A DNA stretch of 64,000 nucleotides from Nitrospirota bacterium (GTDB lineage Bacteria > Nitrospirota > Nitrospiria > 2-01-FULL-66-17): the NCBI GenBank assembly GCA_049325335.1, contig JBMOMC010000043.1, positions 80,262-144,261 of the forward strand, in the 5' to 3' direction. The notes beneath the pieces are model-generated. The model ran no database searches. It was not told the origin of the DNA and saw only the letters and a program-made list of their open reading frames with translations. Positions within the stretch are counted from its first letter, which is position 1. Each line of letters begins with the position of its first letter. This document shows, piece after piece, positions 9,680 through 19,088 of this stretch. The position numbers and the translations under genes are program-made.

Positions 9680-9985
9680 ATGCCGAAAGAATACGCCGTG
9701 GCCAAGGTCGCCGAGGTGGGACCGGGCGCGCGCAAGCTGGTGTCGGTGAACGGCGCCAACGTCGTGCTCGTGAATCAGGGCGGAGCATTCTACGCGATCA
9801 ACAACGAGTGCCCGCACGAGGGCAACCCCCTCTGCGACGGGGAGCTCAAGGGCTGCGCGATCGTCTGCCCCACGCACGAGTGGGAATTTTCGCTCAAGAC
9901 CGGGGAGTCCGACGAGCACCCGGGATTTCAGGTCGATACCTATCCCGTGCGCGTGGACGGCGCCGAGCTCAAAATCACGATGTGA
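9680..9985 (+). CDS. Small Rieske-type [2Fe-2S] ferredoxin, no export signal
   Basis: CPHEG…CPTHEW.F.L.TG motif; strong RBS AAGGAGGA. Confidence 0.93.
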   Translation: MPKEYAVAKVAEVGPGARKLVSVNGANVVLVNQGGAFYAINNECPHEGNPLCDGELKGCAIVCPTHEWEFSLKTGESDEHPGFQVDTYPVRVDGAELKITM

Positions 9986-10044
9986 CGGGGCTGGAACGAG
10001 CCGGGAATCATCACGGTCAGTGGGCCCGAAAGGAATAGCCTGAA

Positions 10045-10941
10045 GTGGATGCCGCAGTTTCTCAAACCGACGTTGCTCCGATCCGCCTGCAATGGATGCG
10101 GCCATCGTCCGCCGCGCTCACCGCGCTCAAGTACCTGGGGTTCACGCTCATCTGGGGCGTGGGCCCCGTGTATGTCATGGCGTTCGAACCGTATGAATCC
10201 GAATCCTGGTTCGGGTTGGTGCTCGGGATCGCGGGCCTCTCCTGCATGCTCGTGGGAGCGGTTATGTACGTGGTGCGTAAACATGTGGCCCGGTTCAAAA
10301 AAATCGGCAAACTGAACACGTGGTTGTCCGTCCACATCGCCTTGTGTTTGGCGGGGCCCACGTTCATCATGTACCATGCGACGTTTAATATTTTGGCGCC
10401 GAATTCCGGGGTCGCGATTTATAGCATGTTGATCGTGGTGGGCAGCGGCCTGTTCGGCAAGTACATCCACGGCCATGTCCTGCAGACCCTGGGCGGCGAA
10501 CGGGCGGGCCTCAAGCAAATCGAGAAACAGCGAACGCTGATCGACCTGGACGTTGCGGGTCAGAACGGCGTGCCGCAGAGCCTGCTGCAGAAGATCCAAC
10601 AGTTCTTCGAAGTCCGGACCACGAGCAAACACGTCGGGGTGGTCAAGTCGTTCTACCTGTTGGGCAAACTGGATTGGCTCGAGCGCCGGATTCTCCGGCA
10701 GGCCTCGGAGGAGTTCAAGGCCGTACTGCTCGCGCGTCGCGAGCTGCGGCCGCAGCAGCGGGCGACGCTCGAAGTCGACGGGCTCCAGGGCCTGGCGATC
10801 AAAACCGGTTTTGAAAAACGCATTGCCTTAATGGAGGCGACCGAACGTGCCTTTCGTTTCTGGCACCATTTGCACGTGCCGCTCTTGGTCGTCCTGGTGC
10901 TGACCGTGTTGGCCCACCTCACGGCGGTCCTGCTCTTCTAG
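10045..10941 (+). CDS. Inner-membrane protein, di-heme cytochrome b/ferric-reductase-like
   Basis: About 5 TM segments; two H-x13-H pairs (HIALCLAGPTFIMYH, HVPLLVVLVLTVLAH). Confidence 0.75.
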   Translation: MDAAVSQTDVAPIRLQWMRPSSAALTALKYLGFTLIWGVGPVYVMAFEPYESESWFGLVLGIAGLSCMLVGAVMYVVRKHVARFKKIGKLNTWLSVHIALCLAGPTFIMYHATFNILAPNSGVAIYSMLIVVGSGLFGKYIHGHVLQTLGGERAGLKQIEKQRTLIDLDVAGQNGVPQSLLQKIQQFFEVRTTSKHVGVVKSFYLLGKLDWLERRILRQASEEFKAVLLARRELRPQQRATLEVDGLQGLAIKTGFEKRIALMEATERAFRFWHHLHVPLLVVLVLTVLAHLTAVLLF

Positions 10942-10945
10942 CCGT

Positions 10946-12685
10946 GTGGGGTTGATCGCCCGGCGGGTGCTCCGCCGCCTTCCTGTCTTTCTGGTGGTGA
11001 TCGCGCTCTGGCCCGCCGTGGCCTACGGCCTCAGCCTGTTCAAAGGCGTGATGCCGGGCAAGGTCGCCGAACCGCACGCCAAAACCGAGGAGGAGTGCTT
11101 TGATTGCCACGCCGCATTGGGCAAGTCCTTTATCGCCAAGTGCGTGGCCTGTCACAAGGAAGTCGGCGTGGACCGACAGAAGAAACGGGGGTTCCACGGC
11201 AAAACCGACACGGAACGATGCGAGCGCTGTCACGCGGAGCACAAGGGGCGCGCGTTCCAGCTCATCACGTTCGACTCCAAAACTTTTGATCACACCAAGA
11301 CCGAATACCGCTTAGAGGGTAAGCACCAGGATGTGCGGTGCGAGCAGTGCCACGTGAAGCCCAAATTCCGCGAAACCCCCTCCGCGTGCGTGGCCTGTCA
11401 CCGCAAAGACGACTATCACAAGGGCACGCTCGGCGACGCCTGCCAGCAGTGTCACGTCCCGGCCTCGTGGAAGGAGATTCGTTTCGACCACGCCAAAACC
11501 AAATTTCCATTGGAGGGCAAACATCAGCCGGTCACGTGCGAGCAATGTCACGTGAAAGGGTTGGACGCGAAAGATACCCCGACCGACTGTGTGGCCTGTC
11601 ACCGCAAAGACGACCCGCACAAGATGATCTTGGGCGAGCGGTGCGAGAGTTGCCACACGGCGGCGGATTGGAAACGGAGCACGTTTAATCACGACACGAC
11701 CGACTACCCGCTGACGGGGAAACACCGGCCCGTCGAGTGCCTGGGCTGCCACAAAACGCCCAAACTCGCCGAAACCCCTCAATCCTGCTACGCGTGCCAT
11801 AAGAAGGACGATCGGCACAAGGGCTCGCTGGGAACGCAGTGCGCGGACTGCCACACGCCCACGGACTGGAAGCAATTTCGCTTTGATCACTCCAAGACCA
11901 AGTATCCGCTGCTGGCCAAACACCAGGAGGTGGTGTGTGAGAAGTGCCACGCCAACGAGCGGTACAAGAACACGCCGATGGAGTGCGTGGCCTGCCATAA
12001 GAAAGACGACGAGCATAAGGGGTTGCTCGGTCCGCGCTGCGAGAATTGTCACGTGGAGCGGGGATGGAAACAGACCACGTTCGATCACGACAAGACCGAT
12101 TTTCGTCTGCGCGACGCGCACGTGACGGTCAGATGCGACGCGTGCCACACCACGCCGAAGCTGAAGGAGACGCCGACGACCTGTCACGGCTGCCATCAGA
12201 AAGACGACGTGCACAAGACCAAACTGGGTGATCGCTGCGAGCAATGCCACGACGTCAAGACCTGGAAAAAGGCGCCGCGATTCGACCATCAGAAGACCGA
12301 GTTTCCGTTAAAAGGTAAACACGAACCCGTGCCGTGCAAGAAGTGTCACGCCACCAAGCTGTTCGCGGACGCGGCAAAGGTCTGCGTCGAGTGTCACAAG
12401 AAGGACGACGAACATAAGGGGCGGTTCGGAGCCCGATGTGAGCGCTGCCATACGGATCAAACCTGGGAGCGCAAGGACTTCGACCACAAAAAAGAAGCCG
12501 GGTACGCGCTGGACGGCGCGCACAAGAAGGTCAAGTGTCTGACGTGCCACACGCGTCCGCTGTTTAGCACCAAGACGTCGACGCTCTGCGGCGTTTGCCA
12601 CCGTAACGACGATGCCCACGACGGCGCGCTCGGCCCTCGCTGCGAACGCTGCCACACCGTGGAGACGTTCGTCATCCGGCGATAA
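10946..12685 (+). CDS. Periplasmic multiheme c-type cytochrome, 24 CxxCH
   Basis: 24 CxxCH counted; seven triheme repeats FDH.KT.FPL.GKH..V.CxxCH…CxxCH.KDD.H.G.LG..CxxCH; signal peptide. Confidence 0.95.
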   Translation: MGLIARRVLRRLPVFLVVIALWPAVAYGLSLFKGVMPGKVAEPHAKTEEECFDCHAALGKSFIAKCVACHKEVGVDRQKKRGFHGKTDTERCERCHAEHKGRAFQLITFDSKTFDHTKTEYRLEGKHQDVRCEQCHVKPKFRETPSACVACHRKDDYHKGTLGDACQQCHVPASWKEIRFDHAKTKFPLEGKHQPVTCEQCHVKGLDAKDTPTDCVACHRKDDPHKMILGERCESCHTAADWKRSTFNHDTTDYPLTGKHRPVECLGCHKTPKLAETPQSCYACHKKDDRHKGSLGTQCADCHTPTDWKQFRFDHSKTKYPLLAKHQEVVCEKCHANERYKNTPMECVACHKKDDEHKGLLGPRCENCHVERGWKQTTFDHDKTDFRLRDAHVTVRCDACHTTPKLKETPTTCHGCHQKDDVHKTKLGDRCEQCHDVKTWKKAPRFDHQKTEFPLKGKHEPVPCKKCHATKLFADAAKVCVECHKKDDEHKGRFGARCERCHTDQTWERKDFDHKKEAGYALDGAHKKVKCLTCHTRPLFSTKTSTLCGVCHRNDDAHDGALGPRCERCHTVETFVIRR

Positions 12686-12946
12686 CGTCCGAGATCATCC
12701 GATCGTCAGTCCCTCGCCCCCCTGACGGGACCATGTCCATACGCCACATCACGGGCCACCGCAGGTGATGGCAATAGTCGAAATTGGCAACCTCGTCTAC
12801 ACTATCCGCACAATTCTGTTGCGAAGAACATGTTCGGTGTCGGAGGCGTGCTGATGCGGCGATTCCCATTACAAATGGGGACGGTGACCGTGGAGGCGAG
12901 CGGTTGTGTCGATTTGTTTTACCCAGTCGGGAGATGACCGGGGGCC

Positions 12947-15900
12947 ATGCCGGTTGCCCGTAACACATCCATGACGGTTGTTGCGCTGGCCGCGGCGGTC
13001 GTGGTGTTTGCGATCGGCAACTACGGTCTCGGATTTTCGCAATGGACGGTCCACTGGTGGGCGGACATCGCGTGGACCCTCGCGTCTGCGCTTACCGGTT
13101 GGAAATGCCTCGACACCGCCAAGCGCCGGCAGGGGCCGTACCGAAAAGCCTGGATCCTGTTCGGGGCCGCGTGCGGGGCCTGGTTTCTGGGCATGCTCTA
13201 CTGGGACTATCGGGAATTGGTGTTGCGAGAGGTCACGCCGTTTCCCGCCTTCTCCGATGTCGGGTTCATGCTGTTCGCGCCGCTGTGTATGGCCGGGATG
13301 TTGTGGTATCGAGCCGAAACCCCGACCGCGCGGGTCACCCTGAAACAACTCTGCAACCTCGGAATCATCGTGTCCGCGATCACTATTTCCGTACCGGTCA
13401 CCGTGATCGGCGCCATGCGGGCCTCACCGGAGTCCCCGTTGTATCTGGCGGCGGCCGTGACCTATCCGATTCTCTATCTAACGGCGTTTGTGTTCGGCGT
13501 CGTCTGTCTGTGGCTGTACGTGTGGGGAGAAAATCGGAAGGTCTTTTTATTGCTTGTGGCCGGGGTAGCGGTTCACGCCGCGACGGACACGTTGTACGCG
13601 GCAGCCTTGTTGGGCCGGACCTATGAGGCCGGGAACTATCTGGACGTGTACTGGATCGCGGGGTTCGCGTTGATTTATGCGGCGGCCGCAACGCAGGACG
13701 CGGTGAGCGCCGACCTCGCCGGCCATGACCGGGCAGAAGAGGGTCGGCGGGGAGGCGAACTGGAGAACCTCGTCTCCGCGGCCACGCTTGTGGTTGTCGC
13801 CACCGTGTTGTACGTCTTTCGAGCGAACCTACAAGGCGGCATCGTCACCCATGTGTTTGCGTTCGGGGTGATCGGGATCGCCTTCGTGGGGATCAAGGAG
13901 TGGTGGGGAAATCGTGTCGAGCGGATTCTGCAAGGCGATCTCTCCTCATCGCTGAACGCCTTGGCGCGCAATGAAGCCCGACTGGCCGGTATCTTGGAGA
14001 TTGCTCCGGAGGGGATCATTTCCGTGGACGCCGGGCAGCGAATCGTGCTGTTTAATAAAGGCGCTGAAAGTCTCTTCGGCTATTCCGAACACGAAGCGCT
14101 CGGCCACCCCATCGACTTGTTGATTCCCGATCGCTTACACGCCGCGCACCGCGCTCACGTGGCTGCCTTCGCGGCGGCCCCCATGACGTCGCTTCGCATG
14201 GATGAGCGCCGGGAGATCGCGGCCCGCAGAAAAGACGGGACCGAGTTCCCGGCGGAAGGGTCATTGTCCAAACTGATCTTGGGTCGCGACGTGTTCTTCA
14301 CCGTGGTGATCCGGGACATCACCGAACGCCGACGCGCGGCGGAGCGGTTACAGCACCGGCTCGAACTGGAGCAGACCATTGCCGCGATTTCAGCCCGCCT
14401 CGTCAATCTCCAGTCGGAGACGGCGCATGACGGCATTCAAGATGCCGTGCGAACACTCGGCGAGTTCTTAGGGGGTGATCGGAGTTATGCGGGTCTGTTT
14501 TCCGTGGATCGCGAAACGATCGCGTACACCGTTGAGTGGTGCGCGGAAGGGGTCCAGCCCGGGAGCGAGCGGTTTAACGACGGGTCGCGCGAGCGGTTCC
14601 CGTGGTTCATGAACACGATGCGGAAGGCGGAGATCGCACGTGTTCCGCGTCTCTCGTCGTTGCCGTCCGACGCCGCCGTGGAGCAACGGGCTTTCCAAGA
14701 GGCGGGCGTGCGGTCCGCACTGTTTGTCCCGATGGTGCACGCGCACTCCGCCATGGGTTTCCTCGCGGTCGAGTCGGTTCGGGATGAAACGGCTTGGACT
14801 GAGGAGGACGTCAACCTGCTCAAAGTCGTGGGCGAGATGTTGACCAATGTCCTGCTCCGCAGGCAGGCCGAGCAAACGTTGGCGGAGCAAGTGATCCGCG
14901 ACCCCCTCACCAATCTCTATAATCGGCGCTATTTTGCCCATCGTATCCACGAGAGCCTCATGCTGGCGGAACGCAACGGCCAGTGCCTGGCGGTGTTGGC
15001 GTGTGACTTGGACCATTTTAAACGCGTCAACGATACCCAGGGCCATCAAGCGGGGGATCAGGTCCTGAAAGACGTGGCGGGACGGGTCAACGAGTCCATT
15101 CGAGGGGGGGACAGCGCGTTCCGGTGGGGAGGAGACGAGATCACCATCCTACTGACCAATACCAGTAAGGAGGGGGTACTGGTCGCGGCGCAACGCATCC
15201 GGGACAGCGTGAGAAAACTGAAGGCTGCGTCGGAGAGCGGCCTGGATATCAGCATCGGCATCGCTTTGTACCCCGAACACGGACGAACCGCGGACGAGCT
15301 GGTCCGCCTCGCGGACCGCGCGTTGTACATCGCCAAAAAAGGCGGCGACAAAATTCATATCGGGGAAGAGGAGTACGCCCTGAAAGAGGGCACCATCCGC
15401 GTGGTATTTCAACCGGTGCAGGATCTCCGTCTCAACGAGCCCACGGGATTTGAGGCGCTCAGCCGTGACGCCCAGGGCAAACTCAGCATCCTGGACTTGT
15501 TTAAGAAGTACCAGGCGATCGGGTTATTGGATGACTTAAAACGCCTCTGTTTTACGAGTCAGATGAAGACGGCTCAAGCCGTGGGCCTGAAGAAGGTCTT
15601 CATCAACGTGGATTTTAAGCTGCTCGGCAAACTCCAGCCGTCCCCCGTCCCGACGGGGTTGGACGTCGTGCTCGAGATTTCAGAGGCGGAAGCGCTGCAT
15701 GACGTGGAGAACCATCTGGCCATTGCCAAGCAGTGGCGGGCGTACGGCTATAAGTTGGCCATCGATGATTTCGGGGCGGGCTTCGTGTCCCTGCCGTTTA
15801 TCGCCCGGTTGATTCCCGAACACATCAAACTGGACCGTTCCACCGTGCTGCAGGCGGTGGAGTCCACGCGGTTCAGGAGAATCTTGAAAGATCTGCTGTT

Positions 15901-16084
15901 GGGGCTTCGCAATTGCTCGACCGAGGGGATCATTGCGGAAGGCATCGAGTCCGCTGAGGAGTTGGAAGTGATGCGGGAGTTGGGCATCTATTTGGTCCAG
16001 GGGTATCTGTTGGGCAGGCCGAAAGAGCTAACACCACTGGCTGAGTCCGATTTGCCGCAACAATCCGCGAAGAACGCCGCCTAG
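12947..16084 (+). CDS. Membrane sensor with PAS-GAF-GGDEF-EAL domains (c-di-GMP enzyme)
   Basis: Multi-TM N-terminus; PAS (FNKGAE…RRKDG.EFP…RDITE); GAF; DPLTNLYNRR, DLDHFKRVND, GGDEI; EAL, DDFGAG, IKLD, EGIE, QGY. Confidence 0.92.
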   Translation: MPVARNTSMTVVALAAAVVVFAIGNYGLGFSQWTVHWWADIAWTLASALTGWKCLDTAKRRQGPYRKAWILFGAACGAWFLGMLYWDYRELVLREVTPFPAFSDVGFMLFAPLCMAGMLWYRAETPTARVTLKQLCNLGIIVSAITISVPVTVIGAMRASPESPLYLAAAVTYPILYLTAFVFGVVCLWLYVWGENRKVFLLLVAGVAVHAATDTLYAAALLGRTYEAGNYLDVYWIAGFALIYAAAATQDAVSADLAGHDRAEEGRRGGELENLVSAATLVVVATVLYVFRANLQGGIVTHVFAFGVIGIAFVGIKEWWGNRVERILQGDLSSSLNALARNEARLAGILEIAPEGIISVDAGQRIVLFNKGAESLFGYSEHEALGHPIDLLIPDRLHAAHRAHVAAFAAAPMTSLRMDERREIAARRKDGTEFPAEGSLSKLILGRDVFFTVVIRDITERRRAAERLQHRLELEQTIAAISARLVNLQSETAHDGIQDAVRTLGEFLGGDRSYAGLFSVDRETIAYTVEWCAEGVQPGSERFNDGSRERFPWFMNTMRKAEIARVPRLSSLPSDAAVEQRAFQEAGVRSALFVPMVHAHSAMGFLAVESVRDETAWTEEDVNLLKVVGEMLTNVLLRRQAEQTLAEQVIRDPLTNLYNRRYFAHRIHESLMLAERNGQCLAVLACDLDHFKRVNDTQGHQAGDQVLKDVAGRVNESIRGGDSAFRWGGDEITILLTNTSKEGVLVAAQRIRDSVRKLKAASESGLDISIGIALYPEHGRTADELVRLADRALYIAKKGGDKIHIGEEEYALKEGTIRVVFQPVQDLRLNEPTGFEALSRDAQGKLSILDLFKKYQAIGLLDDLKRLCFTSQMKTAQAVGLKKVFINVDFKLLGKLQPSPVPTGLDVVLEISEAEALHDVENHLAIAKQWRAYGYKLAIDDFGAGFVSLPFIARLIPEHIKLDRSTVLQAVESTRFRRILKDLLLGLRNCSTEGIIAEGIESAEELEVMRELGIYLVQGYLLGRPKELTPLAESDLPQQSAKNAA

Positions 16085-16220
16085 CCACGCCCCGCGTGAG
16101 ATCGCTCGCGCGATCGTGAAGACGAGTCGACCGCCCTCGCGATATCGCGCCCCGCTTGACCCGTTGGGGGCGATTCCGTACGATTCCGCGCGACGTGAGG
16201 ATACGCCTGTTGCGTCTGCC

Positions 16221-16601
16221 ATGAGCCGAAGTCTCGCCGCGGTGGTCATCGGATACCTTGCGCTTGCGGTCGTCACCGCGGCCAAATGGCTGGCCCTTAA
16301 GCGGTTTGTCCCCCAGATTCTGCCGGCCCCGGGTGACGACGTGTTTCCCGACACGACGTGGCTCTTGGCCATGCTCGGCTCGGATCTGGGTCTGATGATC
16401 GGCGCGGGGTATGTCGCGGCCGTTATTGCCGGTCGCGCGCCGATCGCGCACGCGGTCGCGCTCGGCGCGGTCATCGTGACGCTCGGATTGACGTGGATGT
16501 TCGTGTTGTGGGGGTGGATGCCCCTGTGGTATCAGGTGATCGTGGTATCGGTCGCGGTGCCCGCGGCTGCGACCGGCGGGGCCCTGCGCGCGTCGTCCTG
16601 A
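16221..16601 (+). CDS. Hypothetical 4-TM membrane protein
   Basis: Four hydrophobic segments; GGY.AA.IA-like and P.WY motifs. Confidence 0.7.
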   Translation: MSRSLAAVVIGYLALAVVTAAKWLALKRFVPQILPAPGDDVFPDTTWLLAMLGSDLGLMIGAGYVAAVIAGRAPIAHAVALGAVIVTLGLTWMFVLWGWMPLWYQVIVVSVAVPAAATGGALRASS

Positions 16602-16620
16602 CGGTATCCGTTACCCGTTA

Positions 16621-16650
16621 TTGACACGCGCGCCGCGCCGCGCCTATCAT
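16621..16650 (+). promoter_or_regulatory. Sigma-70-type promoter
   Basis: TTGACA-N18-TATCAT upstream of the CDS at 16721. Confidence 0.55.
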
Positions 16651-16720
16651 CCCTCACCCGGCGCCCGACCCGTGGATGAGTCCGGCGCGCGGAACAGGCT
16701 GCTCGCACACGTTGAAAAGG

Positions 16721-17155
16721 ATGTCTCGCATGGTCGGACCGGTAAGTCGAGTGGTGGTCGTGGCGTGCTCGTGGGTAGTTCTCATGGCTGCGCCGGGTTT
16801 TGCGGCGGAGGCTCCGTCAAAGTCGTCCGAGAAGATGTCCGAGTTGGAGCGGTACGTTCGGATCCAAATCGAGATCGGCGCGGCCATGAAGGACTTCTTC
16901 GCCAGCATGGGGCCGGGCGCGGTGAATCCGCCCCCGGATCAGCGCGAAGCCATGGTGGAACAGGTGGATCAAACGGTGTCGTCGATCCTGAAAAAATACG
17001 GGCTGACCACCGAAGAATACAACCGGCGCAAACGCGAGGTGTTCGAAGACGACGCCGCGGTCGAATCCTTTCTCAACGCGCACCCGGATCTGAAAACCCA
17101 ATGGGACGCCTTGCCGTTCAAGGGCGCCGGCCACGGGCGGCGACCGTATCAATAA
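16721..17155 (+). CDS. Secreted helical protein (DUF4168-like)
   Basis: Signal peptide ending GFA-A; ILKKYGLTTEEYN motif. Confidence 0.65.
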   Translation: MSRMVGPVSRVVVVACSWVVLMAAPGFAAEAPSKSSEKMSELERYVRIQIEIGAAMKDFFASMGPGAVNPPPDQREAMVEQVDQTVSSILKKYGLTTEEYNRRKREVFEDDAAVESFLNAHPDLKTQWDALPFKGAGHGRRPYQ

Positions 17156-17158
17156 CGC

Positions 17159-17959
17159 TCAGGGCGCCCCGGCTTTGCCCGCCACGGTGTAAAGCCACAA
17201 CCCCACCCATTCGTTGATCGCCTCAGAACTGTTCCGGAACGCCCACAGCTCCGGGAGGTACTCCCGGATGCCAGCCGCGCGGGCGCCGGTCAAATACTCG
17301 CATGGAAACGCGGTGGGCGTCAGGTCTTGCCGCCTGAACAATGCCATCGCTCGCGGCATGTGGAGCGCGGACGTCACCAAGGCGATCCGTTTTCCGGGCC
17401 CGAGGATCCGGCTGGTCTCCACCGCGTTTTCGTAGGTGGTGCGTGAGCGCGGCTCGACGCGCACCTCGCCGGGCACGGGGCCGAGCAACTGGAGCGTGCG
17501 AGCCATGATCTCCGCCTCGGGTGTGTGTTCCGCGAACGGATCCACGTTGCCGCCGGAGAGAATCAGCCGTGGCGCGATCCGATCCGTCATGAGTGCCCGA
17601 CCGCACACGAGCCGATCCAGAGATTCGGGGGAGAGGCGATCCTCCATCCGGAGCCCGCCTTTACGGTGGACGCCGCCGGCAAGGACCACCACCGCGTCGT
17701 AGGTGGAGGTCCCGGAGCCTCCGCGGATCGCGGGCGGCACGGGGTAACGCTGTTCGATCGATCCGGTCAACATCCTCGCCGCAGGTGGGAGCGAGAGTCC
17801 GTACGCGATCACGAACGCCGTTATCAAACACGCGTGGAGCAATTTTCTGCGTCCGCGCCAGGAGGCGATCAACGCCAGGAGGAGCAGGATCAGGATCCAC
17901 GTGAGCGGATACACGGCGAGCTTGCTGATTTTGTAGACCGCGTACAGAAAGGGTGACAT
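17159..17959 (-). CDS. YdcF/ElyC (DUF218) family protein
   Basis: VVLAGG, LILSGG, EAEIM, SRTTYENA, LVTSALHMPRA, EWVG motifs; N-terminal TM segments. Confidence 0.9.
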   Translation of the reverse strand: MSPFLYAVYKISKLAVYPLTWILILLLLALIASWRGRRKLLHACLITAFVIAYGLSLPPAARMLTGSIEQRYPVPPAIRGGSGTSTYDAVVVLAGGVHRKGGLRMEDRLSPESLDRLVCGRALMTDRIAPRLILSGGNVDPFAEHTPEAEIMARTLQLLGPVPGEVRVEPRSRTTYENAVETSRILGPGKRIALVTSALHMPRAMALFRRQDLTPTAFPCEYLTGARAAGIREYLPELWAFRNSSEAINEWVGLWLYTVAGKAGAP

Positions 17960-18131
17960 ACGGCGTTTCCTGGTGGTAGGCACGCTTGTACCAGAAATCA
18001 CGGCGTGGAGGGAAGACGGTGCCCCCCCCGTGACGCGTGTCGCAGGAAATCCCTTGACAAGCCCGGACGCTTTTTGTAGAAATAGGGGCTTTGCAGGGGC
18101 GCAAGTTCTTTCTCGTGGGTAGGATGTGACG

Positions 18132-18587
18132 ATGAATCGGACATTTTCAGCGAAAAAGGCAGACGTGAAGGCGGCTTGGCACGTGATCGACGCCGAGGGA
18201 CAGATTCTCGGCCGGTTGGCGGTGCAGGCCGCGGTGTTGCTTCGCGGCAAACATAAACCCATTTTCACCCCGCACGTCGACACCGGCGATCACGTGGTGG
18301 TGATCAACGCCGAAAAAGTTCGGCTCACCGGCGACAAGCTGCGGCAGAAGATGTACCGCCGCCACAGCGGGTACCCGGGTGGCCTCAAGGAGGTGTCCGC
18401 GGGCACGTTGATCCGGGAGAAACCCGAACGACTGGTGACGCTGGCGATCAAAGGCATGTTGCCGAAAAACAAACTGGGCAAACAATTGGCGACCAAACTT
18501 CGGGTGTACCGCGGCGCGGAGCATCCCCACGTGGCGCAGGCACCGCAACCCTTTGCGATCAAGTCGCGCCGACAAGGAGCCGCGTGA
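18132..18587 (+). CDS. rplM: 50S ribosomal protein L13
   Basis: [42 protein letters not shown]. Confidence 0.98.
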   Translation: MNRTFSAKKADVKAAWHVIDAEGQILGRLAVQAAVLLRGKHKPIFTPHVDTGDHVVVINAEKVRLTGDKLRQKMYRRHSGYPGGLKEVSAGTLIREKPERLVTLAIKGMLPKNKLGKQLATKLRVYRGAEHPHVAQAPQPFAIKSRRQGAA

Positions 18588-18976
18588 TGGCCACACAGTA
18601 TGCTGGAACGGGACGGCGTAAGAACGCGGTGGCGCGGGTGATCCTGCGACCCGGCAACGGCACCATCCTCATCAACGAACGGCCGTACGAAGAGTACTTT
18701 CCGCGCGATGCCTGGAAACTGCAAGTTCGCCAGCCGTTGGAAACCACGGCCGTGATCGGTCGGTACGACGTGTCGGTCAACGTGGCGGGCGGGGGCTTGA
18801 CCGGACAGGCCGGGGCGGTGCGTCACGGTATCGCGAGGGCGCTGCTGGAGGTTAATGCCGCGTTGCGGCCCAAACTCAAGGCCGATGGCTTGCTCAGCCG
18901 CGATCCGCGGGTCAAGGAACGCAAGAAATACGGGCAGCGTGGCGCCCGTCGGCGGTTCCAGTTTTCGAAGCGGTAA
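18587..18976 (+). CDS. rpsI: 30S ribosomal protein S9
   Basis: [45 protein letters not shown]. Confidence 0.98.
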   Translation: MATQYAGTGRRKNAVARVILRPGNGTILINERPYEEYFPRDAWKLQVRQPLETTAVIGRYDVSVNVAGGGLTGQAGAVRHGIARALLEVNAALRPKLKADGLLSRDPRVKERKKYGQRGARRRFQFSKR

Positions 18977-19000
18977 CGACCTCAGCCTGGATCTTTTCGA

Positions 19001-19033
19001 GGGGGAAGGTCGCCGGACCTTCCCCCATTTTTT
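19001..19033 (+). terminator. Rho-independent terminator after rpsI
   Basis: GGGGGAAGGTC-GCCG-GACCTTCCCCC stem-loop followed by ATTTTTT. Confidence 0.9.
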
Positions 19034-19088
19034 ATAAACCGGACGCTCCGCGGTACGTTGGAACGCGGGCGGTTTACTGAGAGAGTCG

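Noticed and set aside
12686..12946. Possible c-di-GMP riboswitch upstream of the GGDEF-EAL gene
   Set aside because: No GEMM-type conserved motifs recognisable by eye; an Infernal/Rfam scan would be decisive
17960..18283. N-terminal extensions given by the ORF track (YdcF, hpnC, merF, merB, phhB)
   Set aside because: They overlap neighbouring genes or promoters; downstream starts fit family N-termini and RBS or coupling better
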